64,000 nt of DNA from Kangiella sp. (GCF_014762745.1 NZ_JABURJ010000015.1:21303-85302), one strand, 5' to 3'; shown: positions 1 to 12,518, numbered from the stretch's first letter. Made by a program: numbers and translations. The notes: a model not told the origin generated them from the sequence alone.

Positions 1-365
1 TGAAGCCCTTGATTTATACTGAAGAGCAATACTGAAAACGGCAACAGCAACCACTCAGGACTTAAAACTTCGAAATAAATTAAAGTTGTTACAATTAACC
101 CTAAAACCACAAAAAATATTAAGTTTAAGTCTATGGTAAGCACAGTTAATAACCATGACTCCTGCTTGTTTTTAGATGCATTAATTGCATACTCGTACCT
201 AAGAGAGCTAATAGACCCTAGCATCATGGTAGACACAAAAAACAATGAAAACCTTCCAAAAGACTCTTGACCTAATCCTAGTGTCAAAAAAGGGAGTACA
301 ACGAAAGGCAAAATCTGAGCAACAACAGTCCCACCAGTTAGACTAATGATATTTCTTAATTTCAA
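1..365 (-). CDS. wzx: O-antigen/polysaccharide flippase (Wzx-like), 5' part only, runs off the window
   Basis: Not in the ORF track. Manual translation from TTG at 365, which overlaps the wbpE stop as TTGA: MKLRNIISLTGGTVVAQILPFVVLPFLTLGLGQESFGRFSLFF...LRYEYAI. This is a typical hydrophobic flippase N-terminus. Confidence 0.75.
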   Translation of the reverse strand, partial: MKLRNIISLTGGTVVAQILPFVVLPFLTLGLGQESFGRFSLFFVSTMMLGSISSLRYEYAINASKNKQESWLLTVLTIDLNLIFFVVLGLIVTTLIYFEVLSPEWLLLPFSVLLFSINQGL

Positions 366-1441
366 ATCAGATTACTTAGATATGCATGCATTGGTAAGCT
401 AAAAACTTCTTTTGATAATCTTGTTGCAACAGGATAGTCGTTATCAGAGTATCCTAGGTATTCAAAGGCAGTTTGTTGATGCATACAAGTACCATAATAA
501 ATCATAGTGGGCATACTCTTTTCCTGAAACTGCCCCATAACCACTTCACGATTCTCTGACTGAAGTGTATATTGAGCCCAGGAGCTAAAATAACCTTCAG
601 GAACAAATGGTGTTTTGTATCTGCCTTTGAACTCAGCGTTGTATTTGTCTGCAGCAACATTGCGCGCCTTTAACTCGACCGGGAACTCTTCTAATTTTTC
701 AAGCAGTATAGCTGCTTGAATTGTGTCGAGACGGCTATTCATTCCAATACGAACATTATCGTACTTGTCTTTACCCTGACCATGAACTCTATACGACTTA
801 ATCAATGCAGCAAAGTCATCGTTGTTGGTGAAAACTGCACCCCCATCACCATAACATCCTAGAGGCTTCGCAGGAAAAAAGCTTGTTGTAGCTATATCAC
901 CAAAGCTACCGGCTCGCTTACCATTAATCTCACCACCAAAACCCTGAGCAGCATCTTCGACTAGCTTGAGATTATATTTATGAGCAATAGCTTCTATTTC
1001 TGGATAATTTGCCGGTAATCCAAATAGATCCACAGCTATAATTGCTTTGGGGTTTAGCTCTCCTTTGGAAATTACTTCTTGGATTCTTTTCTCAAGATCT
1101 TTAGGGCAGATATTAAAAGTATCGGGATTGGAGTCGACAAATACAGGAGTCGCCCCCTCATAAGCAATCACTTCGGCTGTAGCAAAAAAAGTGAAAGTCG
1201 GACAAAAAACTGCATCGCCTTCCTTTACCCCCAAAGTCATCATGGCAAGTGTTAATGCATCGGTTCCATTTGCACATGTTATTGCATGTTTAGCTCCAAC
1301 ATAATCAGCCAGTTTTTCTTCTAACTCAAGAACTTCAGGCCCCATAATGTACTGACCATGCTCAAGTACTTTTTGAATTCGTTTATCTATTCTTTGCTTT
1401 AGATGTTTATATTGTGCTGCTAAATCAATAAATTGCATCAT
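362..1441 (-). CDS. wbpE: DegT/DnrJ/EryC1/StrS PLP aminotransferase (UDP-2-acetamido-2-deoxy-3-oxo-glucuronate aminotransferase)
   Basis: FIDLAAQY start, EDAAQ, SFFPAKPLGCYGDGGA PLP-lysine motif, NSRLDTIQAA; adjacent to wbpB/wbpD. Confidence 0.85.
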   Translation of the reverse strand: MMQFIDLAAQYKHLKQRIDKRIQKVLEHGQYIMGPEVLELEEKLADYVGAKHAITCANGTDALTLAMMTLGVKEGDAVFCPTFTFFATAEVIAYEGATPVFVDSNPDTFNICPKDLEKRIQEVISKGELNPKAIIAVDLFGLPANYPEIEAIAHKYNLKLVEDAAQGFGGEINGKRAGSFGDIATTSFFPAKPLGCYGDGGAVFTNNDDFAALIKSYRVHGQGKDKYDNVRIGMNSRLDTIQAAILLEKLEEFPVELKARNVAADKYNAEFKGRYKTPFVPEGYFSSWAQYTLQSENREVVMGQFQEKSMPTMIYYGTCMHQQTAFEYLGYSDNDYPVATRLSKEVFSLPMHAYLSNLI

Positions 1442-1447
1442 TCTTAG

Positions 1448-4262
<2,815 letters not shown>

Positions 4263-4272
4263 GACATGAAAC

Positions 4273-5244
4273 CTATTTTTTTCTTATGAAATTGAGTACA
4301 AAGACGAATACAACACTCAGGAAGCCACCTAGAAATATGCTCAGCAAAACAATTAAAGTCCTTTTGGGTTTGTCTTTCTCTTCTGGTATTTTTGCTTCAC
4401 TGACGGTTTTAAAAACATATTCGTCTGACACTTGAGCAAGCATCTTAGTTTTGTGTTGTTCTTGAATGAGCTCACTAAATACAGTACGTATCTCAGCCAC
4501 AGATGTCTGGTTTATTTGCTCTTCCAGATATTTAATGCTTTCATTTGCTTCGTGAAGAGCTCTTCCTTTCATGTGACTATTGATTTCTTTTACTAACAAG
4601 TCGGTCCATTGCTTTGCAATAACTGGAGAGTAGTGAGTTACAGAAATACTAACCAAGCCGGTCTCTTTGTCTTGACTTATCGATAGTCTCTCTTTGAACT
4701 GCTCATAAAGCTCCCAGCTTGTTGGTTCTACAGTCTTGCCTTTAGGAGCTTTTCTTATCCATTTATTTTGTTGCGGATCATATAGGTCTTCGTCAATCAC
4801 AAGTTTATTTGTTGATTGAGTCCATTCTTCAGCAGCAAATAGAGGAACTGCTAAGTCGTGTTTCTTGATAAATTGCTCTGCGAAGCCCCAGCTTTTCATG
4901 ATTTCCATCGCTATTACGGCATCTGTTGACTCGCCAGCTCCTAAGTTAATTCCAGCTAAGGATGCTAAGCCGCCAAATTGGCCAGCTAGTGATGCTAGTT
5001 TTCCACCGCTACCACTATCATTTGGTTGTACTAAAGCGGTTGCTTTGTATTCGTTTGGAAGTGAGAGTGCAATGAATACCGAGCCAACAGCGAACACAAA
5101 TGTTATTGCTATGATTAACCACTTGCCTTTCCATATTATCGAGAAGAGTTCACGAAGATCAATTTCGTCTTCTTGGTATTGTGGCTGAGGGTAATAGCCT
5201 TGGCTTTGTGGTTGTACGTTTTGTTGGTTGTTTTCTTGATTCAT
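4273..5244 (-). CDS. wzz: Wzz/FepE/Etk N-terminal domain chain-length determinant
   Basis: EIDLRELF...GKWLII TM1, periplasmic coiled coil, PEEKDKPKR followed by TM2. Confidence 0.85.
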   Translation of the reverse strand: MNQENNQQNVQPQSQGYYPQPQYQEDEIDLRELFSIIWKGKWLIIAITFVFAVGSVFIALSLPNEYKATALVQPNDSGSGGKLASLAGQFGGLASLAGINLGAGESTDAVIAMEIMKSWGFAEQFIKKHDLAVPLFAAEEWTQSTNKLVIDEDLYDPQQNKWIRKAPKGKTVEPTSWELYEQFKERLSISQDKETGLVSISVTHYSPVIAKQWTDLLVKEINSHMKGRALHEANESIKYLEEQINQTSVAEIRTVFSELIQEQHKTKMLAQVSDEYVFKTVSEAKIPEEKDKPKRTLIVLLSIFLGGFLSVVFVFVLNFIRKK

Positions 5245-5263
5245 AATTTAATTTCTTTATTCT

Positions 5264-5412
5264 GGCAGGCACATTGGCCTGCCCCTACCTATTGCGTGAT
5301 TGGGAAAAGTACTGTTGGGATTCACACCGTTGATCCTACCCTAGCAGTACATAACCAACCTACTAAGCTGCCTCATTTCTACTTTATCGGGCAATTCGTG
5401 AATTGCCTCTAC
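5264..5412 (-). repeat. Cluster of three different GTAG-type REP-like palindromes in the wzi-wzz spacer
   Basis: Minus strand: GTAG-GGGCAGGC-CAATGT-GCCTGCC (5264-5288), a GTAGGATCAAC...GTGAATCCCAAC unit (5314-5344) and GTAG-AGGCAATTC-AC-GAATTGCCC (5389-5412). Confidence 0.65.
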
Positions 5413-5454
5413 GCATGCCGTTAAACACTTGTATTGACCTTATCAATTGATGCC

Positions 5455-6912
5455 TTATAGTTCCATGGTCCAGGATATTCCAATGTTGTATTTGTCCTGT
5501 TGGTAGCCGTAAGAGTCGATCAGTTTGTCTTTAACATCGAGCTCAATTCCTAGCAGACCATATCGGGTTGGGTGCTGATACTTAAGTTCAATTTGGTTAA
5601 AGCTAATAGCTGCTTCGTTTATGATATGTGTACCGGTTCCATCGCTATTTAAATCTACTTTGGCGAAACGGAGTTTATACCTGTCACCGTTTTTATGGGT
5701 CGCTAAAAACCCAAGTGCCAAACTTTGAGTATCGTTATCGTAAGTGGAGCCGATACTTTTTAGCTCAGTACGATAACCTGTTTGGTAAATGCTATGTTCA
5801 TAGGTCACATTTGGACCGTATTCATTCTCTGTATCACCATATTCTAAGTATCCAGTTACCGCAAAGTCACTGATATAAAAGTTTGCGCTATATCCTAACT
5901 GGTAGAACTTTCTCGAAGGAGCATAACCTGCTTCATCTTCACCAATCAATTGACCATATACACTTCCAATATAACTTTTGGTGGGTAAGCGCCAATCAAA
6001 ATCTATTCCTGCTAGTTGGTTACCTGCTTCATTTGAGTTCAGCCGGTCACCACATCCATCATCGATTTCATCACAATTTGTTCTTCCTATTACGAGGTCA
6101 ACTAAACTTGATAATGACTCTGGTCGGCCTTCACCGCCCCACTGGGCAGTTCTTCTAAGTCCAATTTCTAGGGATTCAAACGGTTTGAAGGTTACGCTCA
6201 TACCCAATAACTTAGCATGTGGAATAAAACGATCACTTTCTAACTGGCCTGCAAATGCATTTAGGCTCCAAGGACCTATCCATGATAGCCATGGCGTTTC
6301 AAATGGGTCACTGTAATTTCTTTGCAGAGAAATTGCCGGTACTGGGCGAGCATTGTTACTCAGAATCAGGGAGCTGTCCCAGCCTGGCCCATACCACCTT
6401 TCCTGAGAACCTGCCGAAATGATCCAGTTACCCCAGATTGTCGCAACATAAGAATGATCAAGCCTTTCTTCTTCACCGTCTAGAGGATCGAATGCTTTTG
6501 TAGCCTCAATATTCCATGCAAAGTTTTTGCTAACACCAGTTAATCGGCTACTAACTTCAGCCTTTTCCCGTCGGTCATCCCCGAAGTGGCGCAACAGCTT
6601 TGACTGATTACCTGCTTTCAATGATAAACGTTTATAGGTTTCACTATCCGTTTCAAGTCTTGCTTTACGCTTAACACGAAGAAATACCGGTAAAATATTA
6701 TCATCTAAGTCAGCTCTTGAAGCCGCTTCGAGATCTTTTATTATAGGTGCCCACGGCAATGGCCAAGTCGTAATTGGTGTTTTGATAATTCCTTCGTTAG
6801 CTAAAACTTCAATGTCTGCTCGTAGCCAAACATCACGAGTATCCAGCCAAGGCTCAGCTTTAGATATAGATGCGCTAAGTAGTAATAATGTTATTAGAGT
6901 TTTTTTCATCAA
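5455..6912 (-). CDS. wzi: Capsule assembly Wzi family outer-membrane protein
   Basis: Signal peptide, LRADIEVLA..G.IKTPITTWPLPW, RWYGPGWDSSLILSNNARPVP, GNQLAGID. Confidence 0.88.
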   Translation of the reverse strand: MMKKTLITLLLLSASISKAEPWLDTRDVWLRADIEVLANEGIIKTPITTWPLPWAPIIKDLEAASRADLDDNILPVFLRVKRKARLETDSETYKRLSLKAGNQSKLLRHFGDDRREKAEVSSRLTGVSKNFAWNIEATKAFDPLDGEEERLDHSYVATIWGNWIISAGSQERWYGPGWDSSLILSNNARPVPAISLQRNYSDPFETPWLSWIGPWSLNAFAGQLESDRFIPHAKLLGMSVTFKPFESLEIGLRRTAQWGGEGRPESLSSLVDLVIGRTNCDEIDDGCGDRLNSNEAGNQLAGIDFDWRLPTKSYIGSVYGQLIGEDEAGYAPSRKFYQLGYSANFYISDFAVTGYLEYGDTENEYGPNVTYEHSIYQTGYRTELKSIGSTYDNDTQSLALGFLATHKNGDRYKLRFAKVDLNSDGTGTHIINEAAISFNQIELKYQHPTRYGLLGIELDVKDKLIDSYGYQQDKYNIGISWTMEL

Positions 6913-6961
6913 TCTTTATACAGGGCAAACCTATTGGTTTGCCCTAGAATTTAAAACGTTA

Positions 6962-9559
6962 TTAGAAACTATTGATAGCCGCTGCACCTAGAGCCATCTG
7001 ATAGACTATTTGACTGACTTTAGTCCATAGCTCCAAGCTATCCACTCTGTCAGTGTCCAGAGGCACAACAATGGTATCTCCTGGCTCGATGTCGGCTTCA
7101 CTATGCGTTAACCAGGAAGACTTGTTTGGTAACACCACCGAGCCATCTGCTTTTACTATATAAATAGCTTCACTGTTTGAGGTCTCTTTCTCACCACCAC
7201 TTCTTTCGATATAGTCTATGAAGTCCAAATTGGAGTTGTATAAATGCGATGTTGGTACCTGTACTTCGCCAACAACCGTAACTTCCTGTCTAAAGGCAGG
7301 AACAATTAACTTATCCCCATCTTTTAAAACCACGTCTGTGACTGAGCCTTCCAGAACCGCATTTACATCAATCACCAATCGCCCAGTAGCTTCTGTAGTA
7401 TCAAGAACATCTAGCAAGGATTCGGCTTTTGCAACATCTGCGGATTTGCCAAGGTTTGATTGCTCAAGTTCGGTTGCTGCGATTTCTTGACGAAGTCTAT
7501 CTTGCAAAAGTTTGATTTGTTCCTGCTCCCTTTCTCTCAACTCCTTTCTTGAAAAGATTGTCGCTTTCACGTGTGCAAATTCTGAGAAACCACCCACTCT
7601 TTTTATCAATTGCGATAAGGTTTCACCACGACGAATGGTGTACTGCCCCGGAAACTTTACTTCTCCAAGAACCTCCACTCTGGCCACATCCCTAAATTCA
7701 GGTGTTGCTTTAATCGTCACCTGATCGTGCGGTTTTAATTCAAGTTGAACCGTCCCTAAAAACTCTTGTTGCAAGTCAATAAGCATGTGGTGAACATCTG
7801 CTTGCTGAGGGTTGGTTAAATCTTGGCGAGTAACTTCAGCTTCTAAAGTATAAGCTGATTCCGCAAACCCTCCTGCTAATTGAATAAGGTCAACTATAGT
7901 CATGTCTTTTGATAGAGGATACTGTCCGGGGAACTTAACCGGCCCATCAATTGAAACAACTTTGGCTGGAGAGTTAAAACTGGCTTGATTGACCAGTTCT
8001 ACATTAATCGACTTCAATACTTCCATCCTAAGTTCTTGAGTCAGCTCCGCTTTTAAGCTCGTTAGCTCTTGCTCAGTAAGGTAACTCTTTCCTTTTTCTT
8101 CCTTTTCAAAGTATTCCTCTAACTTCTTCTCCAAATCGTCCCTTTCTACAACATTAGGCAATACTACAAACCGATCTCTTGGTTCAAGCGAGAGGTTCTC
8201 CTTACTTGTGGGGTTTTGGAGTACTTCTCTTAGATTGACTTTTAGGGGCTGCAGATTACCTAAGGAATTAGTCTCACGGATAATCAGGGCTGCATCAATA
8301 TTAGCATTCTGCTTAAGGTATTGAGCACTCGGCACTAAGTCACTAATGCGCATCCCTTTTTTCCATGCAACCAAGCCAGGACGCAGTACGTGACCTAAAA
8401 GTTCAACCACATTTTCATTTTTATCTGCAACAGGATAAATCTTTAGGAAATCACCATTTTTAATTGCAGTAGACTTTCCAGCTATTGTCATTAAGTCGAT
8501 ATCAACAGCTGTTTTTCTGTTTTTCTCATCTATTCTTTCAATTCGAACATCTTGCGCGTAAGCAGTTGGCAATAAACCGCCCGCCAGTTCTACCAATTCA
8601 GAAACTGTCTTTTCATCATTTATTTCATAAATAGCAGGGCGGACAACTTCACCGGCAATCGAAGCAGTCTTTTTTACTGAAGGAATAAAGATGACATCGC
8701 CAGATTGTAGGCGGCGATCTGCGCGTGTATCGCCTTTCAACAGGAAGTCATATAAGTCAATTGTACTGACAAGCTGTCCATTTCTTTTTAGTTGAATATT
8801 TCTTAATGAACCAACTTCTTTAACACCACCACTGACATACAGCGCATTCATAACGGTAGAGAGTGATGAAACTGTGTAAGCACCCGGCTTGTATGACTCA
8901 CCAAGTATGAATACTTGGATTGATCTTAGCTCGCCTAGACTGATATTTGATTTGACCCCAATAAATTGTTCGCTAATTTGTTGTGTTAAAGATTCTTTTA
9001 ATTCGGTGTAAGATAAGCCTGCTACATTAATTGGGCCTAATTGAGGAAATTGTATATCTCCACTTCGTGAAACGGTCAGCTCATAACTATTGTTTTCTTT
9101 ACCATAGAGCTGAATCTTGATGACATCGCCAGGGCCAACAACATAATTTGATGGCACGGGGATATCGGTTACTGGTGTATAAGTGGTGGGCACACCCGCG
9201 AATAAATCATAACCGAACTTTTCAAGCTTTTGTTCAATCTTAGGTTTTTTTTCCGTCTCTTGCGTATCTTCCCCTGAGTCTTTAAGTTCTTTTTCTAAAG
9301 GAAACTGTTCTATTTCTCTGGGCAGAATGGAGCTTGCATTTTGTTGCTGACCATTACTACTAGAAGTCTGGTTCTTTAAAGACGCACAAAGAGCATCGAC
9401 ATCATAGCCAGCCGCTCTTGCCATCTCTCTTTGTTGTGCCGAAGCGTTCTCACATAGTTGCTTTGCTTGCGACAAATCTTGAGCTGCAAATGTTGATTGT
9501 GACAGTAATGCACTTAAAACAAATACAAAACCCAATGATATACCCAGTAACTTATTCAT
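6962..9559 (-). CDS. Multi-SLBB polysaccharide export protein (Wza/KpsD/OtnA-like)
   Basis: Poly_export motif YVVGPGDVI, repeated SLBB domains (GEVVRPAIYE, GEVKFPGQY, GEVQVP), C-terminal LWTKVSQIVYQMALGAAAI. ATG at 9559 overlaps the cysQ stop and is preferred over 9580. Confidence 0.85.
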   Translation of the reverse strand: MNKLLGISLGFVFVLSALLSQSTFAAQDLSQAKQLCENASAQQREMARAAGYDVDALCASLKNQTSSSNGQQQNASSILPREIEQFPLEKELKDSGEDTQETEKKPKIEQKLEKFGYDLFAGVPTTYTPVTDIPVPSNYVVGPGDVIKIQLYGKENNSYELTVSRSGDIQFPQLGPINVAGLSYTELKESLTQQISEQFIGVKSNISLGELRSIQVFILGESYKPGAYTVSSLSTVMNALYVSGGVKEVGSLRNIQLKRNGQLVSTIDLYDFLLKGDTRADRRLQSGDVIFIPSVKKTASIAGEVVRPAIYEINDEKTVSELVELAGGLLPTAYAQDVRIERIDEKNRKTAVDIDLMTIAGKSTAIKNGDFLKIYPVADKNENVVELLGHVLRPGLVAWKKGMRISDLVPSAQYLKQNANIDAALIIRETNSLGNLQPLKVNLREVLQNPTSKENLSLEPRDRFVVLPNVVERDDLEKKLEEYFEKEEKGKSYLTEQELTSLKAELTQELRMEVLKSINVELVNQASFNSPAKVVSIDGPVKFPGQYPLSKDMTIVDLIQLAGGFAESAYTLEAEVTRQDLTNPQQADVHHMLIDLQQEFLGTVQLELKPHDQVTIKATPEFRDVARVEVLGEVKFPGQYTIRRGETLSQLIKRVGGFSEFAHVKATIFSRKELREREQEQIKLLQDRLRQEIAATELEQSNLGKSADVAKAESLLDVLDTTEATGRLVIDVNAVLEGSVTDVVLKDGDKLIVPAFRQEVTVVGEVQVPTSHLYNSNLDFIDYIERSGGEKETSNSEAIYIVKADGSVVLPNKSSWLTHSEADIEPGDTIVVPLDTDRVDSLELWTKVSQIVYQMALGAAAINSF

Positions 9560-10367
9560 TGATAACAGGCCCTTTAACAATAAAGTATGGATTTAATAAA
9601 GACTCTTTGGTGTTATAGGTCAGGTCTTTAGTTTCCGAATTAGTATTTTCATCAAATATCACACAGCGACCACCAGCTGCATTTACTACTGCATGTGCAG
9701 CAGCTGTATCCCACTCGCAGGTGGGTCCTAAGCGAGGATACAAGTCTGCTTTACCTTCTGCAACAACACAAAGCTTTAGTGAACTCCCCATTGGAACCAC
9801 TTTATAATCTGGAAATTGCTTTAAGTAACCAGCCATTGCATCTGACTGGTGGGATCTGCTGCCAACGATTCTAACGGGAGTTTCTGGGCGATCAGCTACC
9901 TTAATCTGCGCTAAATACCCTGCTTGTTGCATCCAGGCGCCTATTTCAGTCGTTGCATAATAAAGTGTATCGATCACTGGTGCATAGACCACACCAAGCA
10001 CAGGTTCATTTTCATGGATAAGCGCAATATTGACGGTAAACTCACCGTTTTTCTTTATGAATTCTTTGGTGCCATCTAATGGATCAATAAGCCAATAGGT
10101 TGACCATGTTTGACGCTCTTGCCAGCTTATCTCAGCAGATTCCTCCGAAAGAATCGGATATCCAGCATCTAATTCCGCAAGCTCGTTCATAATATACTGA
10201 TGGGAAGCCAGATCGGCCTCAGTGAGAGGAGATTTATCCTTTTTTTCGTAAACATCAAAGTCCTTTTCGTAGATAGCCATAATTTTTTGTCCCGCATTTA
10301 TGGCTATCTCGTTAATTTTATTAATAAATTCCTGTTTTAAAAAAGATTGATTATCCATTTTATCCAT
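9552..10367 (-). CDS. cysQ: 3'(2'),5'-bisphosphate nucleotidase CysQ
   Basis: SPLTEADLASH, LSEE, WLIDPLDGTKEF, GSSLKLC, WDTAAAHAV. Start likely 10367 or 10358, not 10430. Confidence 0.9.
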   Translation of the reverse strand: MDKMDNQSFLKQEFINKINEIAINAGQKIMAIYEKDFDVYEKKDKSPLTEADLASHQYIMNELAELDAGYPILSEESAEISWQERQTWSTYWLIDPLDGTKEFIKKNGEFTVNIALIHENEPVLGVVYAPVIDTLYYATTEIGAWMQQAGYLAQIKVADRPETPVRIVGSRSHQSDAMAGYLKQFPDYKVVPMGSSLKLCVVAEGKADLYPRLGPTCEWDTAAAHAVVNAAGGRCVIFDENTNSETKDLTYNTKESLLNPYFIVKGPVINE

Positions 10368-10378
10368 ATCATTCGGGT

Positions 10379-10390
10379 ACGCTACCGCCC
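10379..10390 (-). promoter_or_regulatory. ops element (RfaH loading site, JUMPstart)
   Basis: Minus strand GGGCGGTAGCGT, matching the ops consensus GGCGGTAGnnT, between rfaH and the first polysaccharide-operon gene. Confidence 0.85.
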
Positions 10391-10534
10391 GTGGGTTTTG
10401 GTTCCCAAAGCACCATAGCAGCCAGCCCATCTGTTTGTTTTTTGTCCGCTTTTTTTACAAATTCTCAAATCGCGCGCTATTATAGTCAAATAGCTCACAA
10501 TTGTAACCGCAAGATTTAATTAATTTCCGTCCAT

Positions 10535-11038
10535 TTAGACTTTTTTTAATTTTGTATTCTCCAACTCCATCTCAGTCACCTTACCTAGGATCGTGAGTAG
10601 GACGATCGAACGTTCTTCACCGTTACTGATTTTGAAAACACCTTCGAGGTCTTTAAAAGGTCCATCAGTAATGACAACCTTATCGCCGGTTATAGGCGCA
10701 TTGGTTTCAAGCTTAGTTTGTGTGGTATCGATTAGTTTCAGGTGTTCCAACACTGCTGGAGGCACTCTACCCGGCACTCCTCCAAATCGAACAAAGTCAC
10801 GCACACCACGGGTAGAGCGGATTTTTGACCAATCCTGCCCATCCGTCTGCAGTTCAACGAATAAATAGCCGGGGAATAGTGGCTCTGAGACTTTTTGTCT
10901 TTTGCCTCGAATGATCTTCTCAACCTCTATCAAGGGCAAGACACAGCTAATCTTTTGATTTTTAAGGTGCTCTTCAGCCCTGAACTCTTGGCGTGGTTTA
11001 GAATGAATTAAATACCAGCCTGTTTCACAATCTATCAC
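10535..11038 (-). CDS. rfaH: Transcription/translation antiterminator RfaH
   Basis: WYLIHSKPRQEFRAEEHL, EPLFPGYLFV, IRSTRGV..FVRFG, KOW GDKVVITDGPF; ops site immediately downstream. Confidence 0.9.
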   Translation of the reverse strand: MIDCETGWYLIHSKPRQEFRAEEHLKNQKISCVLPLIEVEKIIRGKRQKVSEPLFPGYLFVELQTDGQDWSKIRSTRGVRDFVRFGGVPGRVPPAVLEHLKLIDTTQTKLETNAPITGDKVVITDGPFKDLEGVFKISNGEERSIVLLTILGKVTEMELENTKLKKV

Positions 11039-11673
11039 TTTCTAGCAACCTTTAGTTTTTTGTTAAATTCTTGATTTTTATTATTAAGGTCGGCTAAAAC
11101 CCCTTCCAGACCTTTCTGATCAAAGGTTGTCTGGAAGTAATTCTGCTTCATTTTAACAAAGCTAATGCCTTGAAAACTAAAGTCATAAATAGTCCATGAC
11201 CCGTCTTCTTTATAGATTTTCAGGTCAATGGCGAGATCTGGTAATGAGGGGCTGTCTAATACAACGGTTAGCCAGCCCTTATTTTGCTTAGCGTTCAGTC
11301 TAATGGAGTCTACCGTGGCAATCTGCCCCTGGTATTGACTCATGACTTCATAAAGATAACGACGCATGGTTTGCTCATAGGCACGAATCAGTTGCGACTC
11401 TTGCTCGGGATTTAATTGTGACCAGCGTTTAGCACCCAGCATGGCGCGAATAGTATTTTTCGCTGACCAGACTGTCAGTAAGTCATTATCAACAAACGCC
11501 ATTAAGATCGAAGGGTTATGCAGGGCTTTTTCATGATTTTCCTGCATGAAAAGATTTATATTGTCTAATTTATGCTGAAAAAACTGCTTCAGGCCTTGTT
11601 TATCAAGGCTCGCCAGCGCTTGTTGACCGAAGAACAACAAAACAAGCAAGCTGTATCTGACTGTCTTTGTCAT
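11035..11673 (-). CDS. mlaC: MlaC/Ttg2D phospholipid-binding periplasmic protein
   Basis: Signal peptide, LGAKRWSQLNPEQ..L...Y, C-terminal W.IYDFSFQGISFV..KQN.F typical of the Ttg2D family. Confidence 0.7.
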   Translation of the reverse strand: MTKTVRYSLLVLLFFGQQALASLDKQGLKQFFQHKLDNINLFMQENHEKALHNPSILMAFVDNDLLTVWSAKNTIRAMLGAKRWSQLNPEQESQLIRAYEQTMRRYLYEVMSQYQGQIATVDSIRLNAKQNKGWLTVVLDSPSLPDLAIDLKIYKEDGSWTIYDFSFQGISFVKMKQNYFQTTFDQKGLEGVLADLNNKNQEFNKKLKVARK

Positions 11674-11902
11674 TAATACTCCCAGACCTTCACCTGTAAA
11701 ATCAAAAACTTAAACAATATTATAAAATTATCGAACTACTATAGCCGTGTTTAATTAACCTCGGCTTAATGCTCTATTTTCAGTTGGCTATACAACCTTG
11801 AGCTTAGCGCCACATTGTAGCATCTGAGCAAGGAGTTAAACAAAGGTTCAATAAGCCTATTTTATTTTGTGAAAGGGTTTTCTTTTTATATTAAGGAACT
11901 TA

Positions 11903-12510
11903 GGGCGAACGCAGTTCGCCCCTACAGAGAGGGTGGTAATTTAGATTTTAGGTTGGTGATGCTCCCAAGAGGTGGAGAGCCAAACCCGCCCTCTGGTAGG
12001 TGCGACGAAGTAAATCCCAGCGAAGCCTTCTCTCTGAGTGCAGCAAAAAACGAGATGGGTTACGGCCAAGGCCTAACCCATCCTATATTGATATTCCACC
12101 TGTAAGATCTGAACACAAAATAGGGCCACGTTGATGGCGAATGCCATTCTCGACATACTTGTCATTCCGTACTCCGATACGGAATCTGCTCTTGGCTCTT
12201 AACGATCCGTAGACGGGTGATGCACCCAAAGGGCAGCCCCTGAGAGATCCCCACGATTTTAAAGCACGCATCTGCATTAATTTGGCAGTACAAAATTTAA
12301 AAGCAGATTCCCTAAAGGGATTCCCTTCGGTCGCCAGACTTTCGTCAGGCAGGCAATTCTCCAAGAATTGCCACTGCATTTCCCACATCCTTGTGGGTCA
12401 GATGACAGGTTTTGAGGTGAGCAGTTTGCTGGTGGCAATGGTCTTTTGGTAGTGTACCCTAGGGCAGGAGCAACGAAGAGAATCCAAGCGAAGGCTGCCC
12501 TTCTAGGTGC
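11903..12510. repeat. Intergenic mosaic of many dissimilar REP-like and RS3-like palindromes
   Basis: GGGCGAAC-GCA-GTTCGCCC-CTAC (11903), GATGGGTTA...TAACCCATC-CTAT (12054), ATTCCGT-N8-ACGGAAT (12164), GATTCCC-TAAA-GGGATTC (~12306), GGCAATTC..GAATTGCC (~12352), CCCACA-TCCT-TGTGGG (~12382). Confidence 0.7.
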
Positions 12511-12518
12511 GGAATAAA

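Noticed and set aside
10368-10430. N-terminal extension of cysQ from ATG 10430
   Set aside because: It would translate through the ops/JUMPstart element, and CysQ homology begins after 10367.
11869-12388. ORF-track ORFs 11869-12105 (+) and 12083-12388 (-)
   Set aside because: They lie entirely within the palindrome mosaic, with no RBS or recognisable domains. These are typical spurious REP-derived ORFs.
11903-12510. Possible CRISPR array (also considered for 59469-59714)
   Set aside because: There is no constant repeat with regular unique spacers, the hairpins all differ, and no cas genes are present in the window.
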